Origin: Atractiella rhizophila
Taxonomy: Eukaryota
Assembly: GCA_021432655.1 (NCBI GenBank)
Contig: MU271613.1
Location: 1 to 39,303, forward strand
Direction of reading: 5' to 3'
DNA: 39,303 nt
The notes under the pieces: generated by a model
Database searches by the model: none
What the model was told of the DNA's origin: nothing
What the model saw: the letters and a program-made list of their open reading frames with translations, nothing else
Shown: in pieces, positions 12,033-23,552 of the stretch
Layout: the number at the start of each line of letters is the position of its first letter
Position numbering within the stretch: position 1 is the stretch's first letter
Position numbers and translations under genes: made by a program

Positions 12033-13754
12033 ATGTCAGCGCCGTATATCTCTCCGTAGATCTCGCCCTTCTCATCCATTCTGCTCTTATGCTGCTTCTA
12101 CTCATCTCACCTTCCTCTTAAAATCTGACGGCCACAGGTTCGTCTGCCCCATATCCCATTCAGAGTTGTCTTTCATTTGGTGAGCACTGTAATGACCAAT
12201 GCAACTGCAAACGAGCAACTTCTTGGTGAGTCGGTTCGGTACGTGTAGCCACAACTCAGGGTGGTGTAGGGTCGTGGCTGCTCGGAGGGATGGTTGCTTG
12301 CTTTCTATTTGTGCGTTGCATTGACAACCTTCGCGTAGCATCCGACCTAACGCGTCAAGCTAGGGCATCAATGCTTCGCAGGCAAGGTTCTACTACAGCA
12401 CTTTTTCGAGAGACCCGCTCTATCTCAAACTCACCGTCGGCGGTCTTTTCACCTCCGCAACAGCGTCCTGGATTATTCTTATCTATGTCGATTGGATCTA
12501 CTTCATTGAAGAAAGATATACGCCGGCACGATCCATCCACCCATTGAATATCCAGTTTGTTCTGTTTGGTAGATATTAGAGTTTATTCGTCAGGCGAATT
12601 TCATTTGTTGTTTAGTGTTTCCTATTCTCGCGGCTGTCATATCTCAGTCCTTTTTTGCTTCTCGGATATCTTACGTGGGTCTCTCCTGCTTCATTGTGTT
12701 GCTCGCGCCTGAAGAAGAGATGCAGTCTCTCAACCCTTCTCCATGGCGCAAATGCCACCAATTCGTATCATTCCTTTTAATCCTCGGCTCGGTTTCCATT
12801 GGCATTATCGGCCTCATTATTTCAATCATTTATGGACAGCGGTACATCACGGAGTACCAATCGTTTGGCGAAAGCCGTGACGAGAGGGCACTTGTCGAAT
12901 CATGGCGATGGGTCCGTCCAATAGTTTTGCTATTTGATGAATGCTGACGCTGACACACGGTAACAGAGTGAAGTCGCAATAAACCTTTATCTTACTATTT
13001 TGATATTCTGCCAGCCTTTCCCAAAGAATGCACGGAGAGAACGCAATAAGTGAACCTGCCCGCCCCATGTTACACCCCGCTGACATGAAGTAACGGTAGG
13101 AAAGACGAAGAGCACATTTTCACCAAAATCCTCAAAGGGTTAATTTCTACAAACCTTCTTGCCTTTATCTTCGTATTCGTAGATGCTATCGTTGCCGAAA
13201 CAACCGTACAGATTGGAAATGTAGGGCAATTCTCCTGCATACCTGACAGTCCTAACTTTTCCTCTTAGATCCATCTTGCCTTCCTGCTGCAGTTCCCATA
13301 CATTTACTCCATATCGGTCACTTACACTCTCAATTCCCGCGATGTCAAGGAGACTCGAATAGGCGCTGATGCCGACAGTCGTCCGACCTTTGCTCGCGGT
13401 CCCCGCCAACCTAGTAGTCCTGCTTCTCGATCCCCCACCGCAAATGCCACATTCTTCTCCTCCTTTGGTGGCGACTCTTGGCTGACCAACAACACTGTCC
13501 CCGATTCAGGCTGTAGTGTAGCGACGGTGTCACATATAGACGAAGAACAGCGCGATATCGGATGTTTCTCCCTCCAAGAGCTCCATGATGCCAATGACAG
13601 GAAGGAACTGAACAGAAAGGAAGCTGCCGATGTCACCGAGGCAGATAGTTCTCCGTTAAGGCACAAATCTTTGTCGCTCCCACAGAGACATGATGCTGCG
13701 AAGGAATCCCTAGAGATTTTGGAGGAACCACCAGGTCGCAGTGTGAGGGGATAA
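12033..13754 (+). CDS. DUF6534-like multi-pass membrane protein (distant family member); 5' exon structure uncertain
   Basis: Exons read by eye: GVGSWLLGGMVACFLF|GINASQARFYYSTFSRDPLYLKLT; FPILAAVISQSFFASRISY; FVSFLLILGSVSIGIIGLIISIIYG; ILKGLISTNLLAFIF; FPYIYSISVTYTLNSR (family-typical 'LNSR' end of the last TM); then a soluble tail to the stop at 13754. Confidence 0.65.
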
Positions 13755-14022
13755 TTTAGGAGGGGTTCACAAATCTAAAGATTTGTCACTGATAGCTCAG
13801 CACTTTTAATCATTAGTGTGTATTTGTTGTTCCAACATCGGCTCATTGCATTTTAACATTATCCCCTTGTGGTCCGAATTATATCCCTACCTTATAGTTA
13901 CTAGTAATCTCTTTGTCGGTTTCGACTATAGAAGCATGGCAATGAATAATAGAATGATAATTAGACACATGACGCCTGATGATATATACAAGGACTACAT
14001 CAATGTTTAACTGGGCTTTCAA

Positions 14023-16417
14023 TCAAGTCTTCCTCTTCTTTGTCGGTCGGTTGTCCGCGATCAAAGTGGAAGTGGGGGGAATCTTCGATTTCACCCTCTT
14101 ATAAGGAGGAACACTGGAGCCGTATCCACTAATGGTAGTCGGAGTCGACGCGTTCGAGCTTTCCTCCCGCCTCTCCATCCTCCCATTATCGAACTCTGGC
14201 GGCCTCCTCGAATAAATCGGTTTTCTGCCCCTCAACTCCTCAACCGTACCTTCTCCCCTCCTTGCGCGCTCACTGAGATCTGTCTTGATCCCGAGCGCCT
14301 CTCCGATCTTCTGTTTGAGAGGGACGACGCGCGGAGTGGAGAACGGGACGATTGTGCCTGAGACGTATTGACCGTTGCTGATCACAGGTACCATGGAATG
14401 AGGCACGAGAGGATCGAATTCGGGTTCGTGTGCTGATGCAATCGTTGTTGAGGGAGACGCTTTGCCATCCTCGGCTGCGCCGAGCCCGTCCGGGAGTGGC
14501 TCAAGGCCAGCGAGTGATTGACCACGAGAAAGACGACGCGATGCCCATACTTCCTGCATGGCGAAACACGTCAGACTCCTCTATGCTACGCCGAACATGA
14601 AAGCGAAAACAATACCCTCTTCCGGACATCTGGATCCTTCAAAGGTCCCCACCACCAGTTCTCGTCCATCCCAACTACACGTGTATTCTCCATGTCCCAC
14701 GATCCATCATCAAACTGTTTGAACGCATTGTCGCCTTGAAGGTGAGGTTTATCACTCCAGTCTTCATGCATAAGGCTTTCGAGAAAGTTATCTTTGAGAA
14801 GATACGCTTTGCCTGCACCAATAGCTCACGATCAGTCTCTAGTTTCCAAGGACAGGATGGGTATGAAAGAAGACGGACGACACACCTGGAATCCGGTGGA
14901 CCATCCCCCACCAGCTTCTGTTGACTTTGTGTTTAAGCGCTGACGGACCCTCTGAATCGTCCTCCTCCTTCACTTTCCCATTCACGCGCATTGCGTCCTT
15001 ATCCCTCTCCTCAACGTCGCCATCCTCTGGCGCCACGCTCACAGTCCGGCGTGACAGCTTCCTTCTCTTTGTGCCCCTCTCTATATTCCCATCCAGCCAT
15101 TCTTCCCCTCCCACACCTCCTGGAGTGGTGGGAAATGCAGATGGCTCTCGAGAAGCATATGCTCCATCGGTAGTCATATCAACATCCACCTTATCTTTTG
15201 GCTTGAAGGAAAGCCGTCTGTTTTGCTCATCAATTAAAGCTTGCATCTCCTTTGAAGCCGTCGTGAGGTGCTCCATCCACCCTTCTGGGATAGGGATATT
15301 GTACGTCGGCAACAAGCTGGACGAGGAGGCCAGAGGTTGGAGATCGAGCCTTTCTGTCGGAGCAGGAGCAGTTGATGGCGAGAACGACTGCATGCACTTC
15401 CGCTTCTTCTCACGCAGACGTCTCTCCTTCTCCCTTCTCTTATAACCATCCTCCCTCTCCATCTCCAACTCCGCTTTCCTCTCCTCCCTCCTCCTCACAT
15501 CCTCCTCATCCTCCGTCTTTACGGTCTCAAACCCATTGTAAACTCCTTTCCTCAGTCTCCTCTCCAAAGAATAATCAACCTTCTGCCCTTCCTTCAACGC
15601 TTCCCACTTTCCCTCCTCGTCCTTCTCTTTCTCAAACTTCTCCCTTAGCTGCGAATCCCAGATGTACAAGTTGAGGGGATGGCGGGAGGAATAGGGATGT
15701 TTCCAAGCTGTACGTGAGAGCGGAAGTGTGTAGAAGTTGTGCCGCGGATGAGGGGGGATGTGGGAATGCTTCATATAGGGTAGGTAGTACTTTTTGTAAA
15801 CACCCGTAAGAAGGAGGAGCGTGAAGAGGTCGGAGCTTCCGTTGATGGGGGATGGAGGTGCAATGGACCATTGGGCTACACGAAACGGAAGAAATTAGCA
15901 GTTGCTTCCTCATTTAGCTGATAGCTGCTGTTACAGAAAACCAAAGGAGAATAGAAGAGGAAATAGTTGACTTCTCGAAGGAGAGCCAAGACTAAACGTT
16001 TGCCACAGATTCACGGGTACAGGCGCACCTGTTCATTCTCTCAATGATCTGGTCAAAGAGGCCATGACCATACAGCCTTCAAGAGTGCACCAAACCACTT
16101 CTATCATCGACATAAGGACGATGCCTCCACGAAGGGAATCACTCGACCACATAACAGAACGACGCTCGAAGTTCGCGACTCTGCCATAATGAATACTCAC
16201 GCCAAGTCATATCTGTAGGAAACCAAGGAGGCACGTAACCATCCTCCTCTGGATCTAGCGTCCATTCCTGTGGTGGAGCGAGGGGAGGGAGAAGTGGGAA
16301 GAGGGTGTGGCTTCGAAGTTGGAGGGCTAGAGATGTCGATTGAGTCTCTTCCCCATCATGCCTCTGCTGTGAAACTACATCCTTTGGCTCCGCGGACTCT
16401 GCTAAAAGCTCGTTCAT
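14023..16417 (-). CDS. Hypothetical multi-exon protein, probably nuclear (charged coiled segments, basic NLS-like TKRRKLSRR and PTKKRKT*)
   Basis: A chain of - strand ORFs (16139-16417, 14839-15774, 14675-14911, 14586-14771, 14023-14559) separated by short GT-AG introns. No family recognised with confidence. Confidence 0.6.
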
Positions 16418-17400
16418 ACCGTCAAGAGTGGGTCTGTAAATGGGCTGGTTGTTCTAAAGTTTGCATTATTGCAACAGTCCTTGTTCATCCGCAGTAAACT
16501 TTCGGAAGCAGAACGCTAAATCAGTGCGTGCACGCCAAACTTTCCAAACTGGCCATGAACGACCAAAAACTAGGTCACTTGCGACTACGAAAGTGATACC
16601 GGCTTAGAAACTTACTCAATGTCTGCTGTCAATTGTGCTGCCACCTTCTGTCAACCCAGCCTAGCCTACCTATCAGCGACACTCCTTTCATGTACCTCTC
16701 CCATAATAAAGCGTGGAAACAGGCGATTAACCAACTGACGGATAAACATACGAAGACACCTTATTCTTTAGATGTCAGATATTTTACCTAGTTACGCGGC
16801 CAAGGAACTTCGCAAGGTACTCCTAAGAATGGCAAAAATTTAAACGGATAAAGTCCTTGTTTGGAATATTGAAAGACAATTCGCTAAACTACTTTGTCTG
16901 AGGAAACTAGAGCGCGTGTACGATGCCTCAAGTGTTCGTCAGAATCCCTCAAACGAGTTGAAGATGAGGGCAACGAACAAGGAAGCTTTTGTTAGTTGGA
17001 TGCTTTGTCTGAGAGCAGAAAAAGAAACAAGAGGAGAGCAGAGTGAAGTTCAAAGCCGTGCATAGTAGTAAATTCAACAAATATTAAAAAAAAAAGAATG
17101 AAAACAATAAATCTTAGGGAGCAACGAGAGTTCTTTTTTTTTCGTGAACGTATAGATGTTATGTTATGACACAAGACTGATGATGTATAAGTGAATGAGT
17201 GTGAGGTTGACTGACTATTGTGTTTATCGAGGAGACGAAATGAACAACAAAGAACGAAATGTTTGAAGCGGGGCCATTAATGAATAAAGTGTCGCGTAAT
17301 TTGTCGCTGAATGTAATGCTGAGTATGAGTGAGTAACTTGAACAGTAGAATGGCGAGAGGCTCACAGGTCTCTTTTGGACGCCACATCACATATTAAGGC

Positions 17401-19404
17401 TTAGACGAGTGTTGGGATCCTTTGTTGCGACTCTCCAACCTGAGGAGGGCTAACGTAAAGGAACTCCCTCGCCAATCGTTCTCTTTCTTCCTCCTGGAGC
17501 TCTTGTAACTCTCTGCGCTGTCTCTCTTGGTCGATCCTTTGCTCTTCCTGCCTACGAATGAACGCGGCGTGGAATGCGGACGATTTCCCATACATCTCCG
17601 CTACCATCATACAATCCTTAGGCGACGCGAAACCTGGAGTTTCCTCCAGATACTGTTTCAATCGACCTAAGGCTTTGTTGAATTGGTCAAAAGTGATGCC
17701 GGAATTGCGGTGTACTTGAGGCGGACGCGAAGGGGAGAAGGTATCAGGGACAGGGGCGGACGGTGGAGGACCAGGAGGAGGAGAATACACGATGTCAGCA
17801 TGAGCGGCAGGAGCGACAGCTGTAGAAGCACGAGTCGTGACTCCAGAGACAGTCTTTCGTCTGGGCATGGCGGCCACAGGACGCTGAGGAACAGGAGCAG
17901 GAGCTCCATTAAGCAAGGCTGGATCGATAGCTGGTTGCAAAGCTTGTCCGAGAGAAAGAGGACTGTCCGTCCTCATCGCTTGTGCACCAACTGAAGCTAA
18001 TGACTGCATAGGCACGAATCCTTTTGGACGAGAGCCATATGAAGATGACAAGAGTTGCGTGTTCCTGAAGGCTGAAGCCGGAGAACCGAAATCACCCATG
18101 GACGGCTGGGACATTGCGTGACGCAACCTGTTTGACGTTCCCTCGTCGAGAGGGCGTCGATGTTCTGCTTCCTTGATGGAAGATGAAGATGAGGAGCATT
18201 GTGTCGAGGGGGGAATTTGGTTGGTCGCTCGTTGTTGGTCATCCTGAAGATTGTGGCTAAATCCTGTGGAAAGTGGACTTTGCTCAGAGTCCAGGAGAGC
18301 CGGATCGCTCATCGAACGCGTAATCTGTAACGATCCAGAACGCACATGCCTGGTCAGCCTGCGCGTCCCAGGTCGCTGGAGGTAGACCTCGTTAAAACTC
18401 GTGCTCGCAGGCGTCAGAGGTCGGGAACCGCTGCCGCTTAGACCGCCGAAGGATGAATACAACGACTGATCATCCTCTTCCTCTTCGATCCCCTCCATCA
18501 TCGAAATCGAAGGCGAGCTCTTCATACCGGGTTGAAAAGCGAAAGAAGAGCCCGTCGAACTTGGCGATCCGGCTCCACCAGATTGATCTGGGCTACTCGT
18601 GCTGAAGGAGAAGCCAGAACCAATGGACGAGGTTCGCCGCACGCTTTGTCGGGTGCCAGAGGAAGAGAGTGAGAGTGAGGATCGCTCCTTGAAGTTCTCC
18701 AACCACATATCTCCCGCCTTGAAAGCTTGGATGGACGATTTCACCGCCAGATCCAGTGCCTTCTCCTTTATCTCATCGTCCGTGACTGTGTTACCACCCC
18801 AGCTCCTCTCGATGATCCAGGACTCCAGATCTCTCTCCAATTGAGGAAACTTGGCGGCTGGCAACTTTTTTGCAACCTTATTCTTCTTCCTTAGGGGAAA
18901 TCCAACCTCATCGTCCTCTATCCTCGGATTGACGCTTCGATTAAGGCTGCCTGAAGCCGAAGTGCTGCCTTGGGACGACGGAGGAGGAGGCGGAGGAGGG
19001 AGCTGGCGCATCCAGAAGTCTTTCTTCTTCAGAATCTTCGAGACCGTGCTCCGTTCAACCTGAAAATGTTGTGCGATGTTGTCGTGCGTCTTCTCAGGAT
19101 GTGTCTCCTTAAAGAGACATATTTCTCTCTTCATCTCGTCCGAAATCTTTACCTTGTTCCCACGAAGACGAAGCGCGGACAGGACGCTCGAAGCGCTCGC
19201 TCCTGATCCGCGATTCCAGAACCGACTGTTGTTGCTCGAGTTCGTCACGCTCGAATCGGGCGAGCCGGTGAGATTGTTGGGAGGGGTGGTGAAGTTGGAT
19301 GAACCGGATGTCGCGTAGTTAAGAGAAGAAGCGCTTGACGGAACAGACGGCGCAAAAGGTCGCGTGTCTGGCGTGCCCTGTGCTAGGGAAGTCGAGGTGT
19401 AAAC
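17401..19404 (-). CDS. CENP-B/pogo-type DNA-binding protein (psq-like HTH + HTH_Tnp_Tc5), no DDE domain; 5' exon(s) above 19404 unresolved
   Basis: KVKISDEMKREICLFKETHPEKTHDNIAQHFQVERSTVSKILKKKDFW (CENP-B N-terminal HTH); AAKFPQLERDLESWIIERSWGGNTVTDDEIKEKALDLA...FKAGDMWLENFKER (Tc5 HTH); long Ser-rich linker and a C-terminal helical segment. The frame extends upstream to an acceptor-like CTCTAG near 19405. Confidence 0.85.
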   Translation of the reverse strand, partial: VYTSTSLAQGTPDTRPFAPSVPSSASSLNYATSGSSNFTTPPNNLTGSPDSSVTNSSNNSRFWNRGSGASASSVLSALRLRGNKVKISDEMKREICLFKETHPEKTHDNIAQHFQVERSTVSKILKKKDFWMRQLPPPPPPPSSQGSTSASGSLNRSVNPRIEDDEVGFPLRKKNKVAKKLPAAKFPQLERDLESWIIERSWGGNTVTDDEIKEKALDLAVKSSIQAFKAGDMWLENFKERSSLSLSSSGTRQSVRRTSSIGSGFSFSTSSPDQSGGAGSPSSTGSSFAFQPGMKSSPSISMMEGIEEEEDDQSLYSSFGGLSGSGSRPLTPASTSFNEVYLQRPGTRRLTRHVRSGSLQITRSMSDPALLDSEQSPLSTGFSHNLQDDQQRATNQIPPSTQCSSSSSSIKEAEHRRPLDEGTSNRLRHAMSQPSMGDFGSPASAFRNTQLLSSSYGSRPKGFVPMQSLASVGAQAMRTDSPLSLGQALQPAIDPALLNGAPAPVPQRPVAAMPRRKTVSGVTTRASTAVAPAAHADIVYSPPPGPPPSAPVPDTFSPSRPPQVHRNSGITFDQFNKALGRLKQYLEETPGFASPKDCMMVAEMYGKSSAFHAAFIRRQEEQRIDQERQRRELQELQEEERERLAREFLYVSPPQVGESQQRIPTLV

Positions 19405-20531
19405 CTAGAGAATAATTAGCTCTCTGACCAAAACACTGAAAGTTTGAAAAATCGACAGGAGAACTGGAGACTGTGGACTTATTCTTCGATCAAAAGGTCC
19501 TTCATCGACGCGTTGTCGAGGAACTCAAGCCACTTGACAACTTCTGAAATAGTTTCTATTAGAGTGAAGCAGGCTGCAGAGTGCAAGGAGTGCAACCGAA
19601 TCCACCGAATCCGTCATGTTTATGGAGAGGAACTCCAGACGATGTGACGGCGCCGGCATGGCAAGAAAGGGAGGAGGTTCACTTGAACAATGTTCCTTGT
19701 TATACTAGTTCAAACTAAAAGACAATGACAGAACACTGCTTCTAAATTAGCAGAGGGGTCAAAAGGGATGACATAGCTTCATGACTCCTCTACATTGCAC
19801 CACCACAATACCGAAGCAAAGGAATAAAAGACGTGCAACAAGAACGAATCTGCATCGCGCAGGCTAAATGCTCTCCCTCGGGATGACAGCATACACCATT
19901 CACGACAGGACCCAAGGCACGACGCGTCCCTACGAATAAACATACACATTGTCCTGCCAAGAAAGGAGCTAAGGGTTGGAACATCTATTCTTCCTGCACT
20001 GCACTAGTCTTTCGCCCACTATTGCCTTTGCCCACATCCAAAAATAGGGATAATGTCTTGTTTACAGTTCTTGGAATGTAGTGATCCTCTAGAACATCTT
20101 GTGCGAATGAAGAATGGGTATGAGTACAGAAAAGGACTTGTGAACCCAGGCCGGTACGTTCAAGGAAGAAGATCCGTCCGGTAGGATTGGGTTCGCAAGA
20201 GTTCTCCACCGTTAATGAAATCAACATTAGCTTTAAAATGCTACGGAAATTAAGTCTCTAACGAGCCGAGAAGAGAAGCGCAAATGGACAGGGACACAAG
20301 TATTCAAGGATCGTTTGATGGGCTTGTTGAGTTGAGGGAAATAAACCTAATAATCCTGAAACTTAAATGTTATAGCAAGACCCCACGCGTCGCCCTATTC
20401 CTCTCTGCCGTGAATTCGAGCGTCTGCTCGACCCTGACGACTGGGCGTATCTTTCAAGGACCGAGAGACGGACGAGGAGTGTAAAACTCAACAAATGTAA
20501 ACTAACGTGTCTCATCATGAAATGAGATACT

Positions 20532-21846
20532 TCATGAATGGTAAGGCATCAAGGCCGCAGAGGAGAGACGGATGGAGCGAATGCGACTCCTTGTTACTTT
20601 GCGTGCCAGAACAAGGAACAACATCTTGCGTTGCCAAGCACCTCTCCTGCACTTCTGTAACTGTAACAAAGACTTGCTGACGCGCCAAAGATATCCGCTC
20701 CTGCTGAGAGAACGAAGAAGACTCACCTCGTCCTCCGCCTCCATCTCCTTCCTTTTCCTCCTCGTCAAAACTCCGGGACTCTCCATCACTCCACCACCAC
20801 CTGCTCCAGACAAGTTCGCCGCAAAACCCTCATTCCCATCCATCTCCACGGCGGACAGAGTGAGCGGTATATCGTCCATATCCATCCCCATCCCCATCCC
20901 TAAGCTTGTAGATGATGTCTCGGACCTTTGGTCGATGGAACGCGAGTGAGGGTTCGAGAACGAGATGGGATCGCCCAGCTTTGCCCTCGAAGTGTTTGCG
21001 TTTGTGGTCGCTGAAGAGTCCATTGGTCCCTTCGTATCCAGACTACGACGAGTTCATTCCATCGCTACCGTTCATCGACATCATCAGCCGGTTCCACCAA
21101 CTTAATAGACACGGAACGGAAAACACACACAAGACCACCTAGCTGGACAAAGCACAGGAGGACAAGGGGTTGGGCTGGAGAGATATGGGGATGAGGATGA
21201 GGTGAGACGTCAGCGGAGAATGGTTGAAGCGAGCGCGAGGATAGATGGAGCTCGAACAGTTTGGCGCGATGGTCGTTCGAGCAAACACCTTCAAAGAAAG
21301 CGGCCACTTTTCGTTTTCGCCGTCAAGAACCCGGTGAGCGACCAAGACTAACAGCTGCTTGATATAATATCCTCCAGAGGGAGCTCTGAGGAAGGAGAGG
21401 CTGGAGGAGGACTGTGGGAAGGAGAGAATAATGAATGAGGCCAAATTTCAAAAGAGCGATCGAGTCGAGTCGACAGAGAACGAGTGTGTGAGCTGCTCTG
21501 CTCCTCAGCAGAGTCAAAGCAGAAAGGTCCGTGCTGAGGTGTACGAAAGAGCTGAGAGGGAGGTCTTGTTGACCAGTCCAGGTACTTATTCACAAGCAAG
21601 ACACCGTTTTCTGTCGTAAGTTGCAACGATCCGAGTCTGAAGGAGAAAATCATGCATAACGCGCATAACCGGGCCATGCACCTCCTTTGGGCACGATCGG
21701 ACCAGCACTCTTCCATCTGTTATATATACGTTGTTTTGTTTGGCTCGGCCTCTTTCCTTTCTCCTTTCTCTTTCTCCTTTTGGCGGAGTAAGGGAAACCA
21801 TCGCGGTCTCTTCTGGCACGCTCGTCGCGACGCGTGTCTTCACCAT
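20532..21846 (-). CDS. Hypothetical multi-exon protein with hydrophobic segments; boundaries uncertain
   Basis: Start MVKTRVATSVPEETAM (21846). Phase-consistent junction ...AQPLVLLCFVQLGGLVCVFRSVSI-N|LDTKGPMDSSATT...TRRKRKEMEAEDE|(GTGAGT donor near 20726); probable stop at 20532. Confidence 0.45.
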
Positions 21847-21852
21847 GATGTG

Positions 21853-21942
21853 AGCTTACCTTGCCTCTATCTCTAAGCTTACCTTGCCTCTATCTCTAAG
21901 CTTGCCTTGCCTCTATCTCTAAGCTTACCTTACCTCTATCTC
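21853..21942. repeat. 23-bp tandem repeat (AGCTTACCTTGCCTCTATCTCTA) x ~3.9
   Basis: Directly visible, head-to-tail with no spacers; copies 3 and 4 each have a single substitution. Confidence 0.95.
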
Positions 21943-22221
21943 CTACCTCGTTCGAGATTTGCTGCTGCATTATGTCTTACATAACCGATGTGCAGCAACA
22001 GGAGAATGGGTGGAATGGAGCTTGTTTGTATTGATACTAAGGACAATCTCTGATATAATACACTTTCTTCAATCTATCTTTTCTCTCATATAAACCATGT
22101 ACTTCCCACAAAAATGTCCTCTCAAACCCCAACCTTGTAAGTTCGGATGAAAGTAAAAACCGACGGAACGAGATGAATCGAAGCACCAAAGTCGAAGGGA
22201 TAGATGGATGGATGGATAGGA

Positions 22222-23327
22222 TCAAGGCACGAACCAACCGACCTCGTCCTCAGCCACGAAAACATCCACGACCTCGACCTCGCCCGCCATCTCCTCCAAC
22301 TCCATCTCCTCCTCGCTCATCCGCATCCTCCTCCACCCGAAACTTTCCCTCCCCTCCAAATCCGCATCCGCACCCACGCCCACATCTTCTTCTTCTTCCT
22401 CTCCTCCTCCTCCGTTCCGCGTCCCGAGTTGCGCTTGGAGGAGGGAGGAACTCGCTGGTGCGGTGCTGTTGAAGGTGTGCAGGGAGGAGGGACGTCTTTG
22501 GCGCGGTGGGGAGGACGCGATCGAACATTCGTATCTGTCGCGCACCCAAGAGGGGAAGAAGGCGTCCTTCAAACACACCATAACCGTCAGCGCATCTCCT
22601 TAACAAATGGGGACATGACATATGAAGCATGATATGACATAACATGACATGAGGGAAGAGAAGGAGAAGGAGGACGTACGGGAGAGAAGGTCCATCCGTC
22701 TTCTTTCCTCAGCTGTTATCGCGACGTCATTAGCGTGTGAAAGTGAGTGGAAATAGAAGGAAAACGGACAAAGATGACTGTGGAGGAGGATTCAGCCCAT
22801 TCCCCTCCTCCGCTACCTTCTTCGTCTCCAGACCATTCTTCGTCGTCTTCGTTGTGGTACGACGACGTAGATGATCGACGCTCGTAAAATGCAAACTGTC
22901 CAACATACATCTAGTTAGTTGCCGCCATGTTGAATATTCAGTACGAGGAGAACGGGAAACCAGAGCGACGGCAGCAACATGGACAAATATTGCGTTGACA
23001 ACACTAATCCCTTCACCATAAAATGGGAAACCTCTCCCCACCGCATCCCACAACTCAACTCCTCATTCCCACAACTCCTTTCTTATAGCATGGAAGAGAC
23101 GAAGGAAGGAGAAGGAGAAGGACACTGACCTCGACATCGGACTCCCTCCTGAACATCCTCCTCTTCGACTGCCTCATCCGCTGGGCCAACAAAGCGCCAG
23201 GAGAGAGACCGGTTGGCGCACTGGACGGAGCGCTGGATGCGGCGCTGGAGGAGGTGGTGTTTGTCGTGGTCGAGGGGACGGAGATGGGGAGGGGGCGAGG
23301 AGAGGGCGGCTGGTGGTCGACTTCCAT
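22222..23327 (-). CDS. Hypothetical low-complexity Ser/Glu-rich multi-exon protein
   Basis: MEVDHQPPSPRP...RMFRRESDVE|(GTCAGT donor); internal exon QFAFYERRSSTSSYHNEDDEEWSG; terminal exon DAFFPSWVRDRYECS...EDEVGWFVP*. Confidence 0.55.
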
Positions 23328-23552
23328 GTCACTTGTTTTACGACTTACAGTGTGAGTATGATCCTTGTTGGTGCTCTCTGGTGGAAAGAAGTGAAGAAGG
23401 TTGGTCGTAATGATTGTAAGGGCGAGCTGCAGCCCAATGTGCATGAATGACTCCCTCGATCACTTTCTTCTTCCCACACAGCACAAACACTGTCACCCAT
23501 TCTACTCACATTTTATCATTAACACTGACATTTGGAAGTTGGAAGCAGAAGC

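Noticed and set aside
14921..15445. Long antisense ORFs (also 9045-9527, 24636-25040, 35396-35848)
   Set aside because: Shadows of low-complexity or biased coding sequence on the opposite strand, with no recognisable motifs.
17401..19404. Active pogo/Tc5 transposase
   Set aside because: No DDE catalytic domain and no terminal inverted repeats noticed.
21853..21942. CRISPR-like array
   Set aside because: Repeats are contiguous with no spacers; eukaryotic context; no cas genes.
22611..22652. Degenerate (GACAT)n microsatellite; also the 11-bp duplication GATCCAGATAT near 27097-27118
   Set aside because: Ordinary short simple repeats in intron or 3' flanking DNA, with no sign of function.
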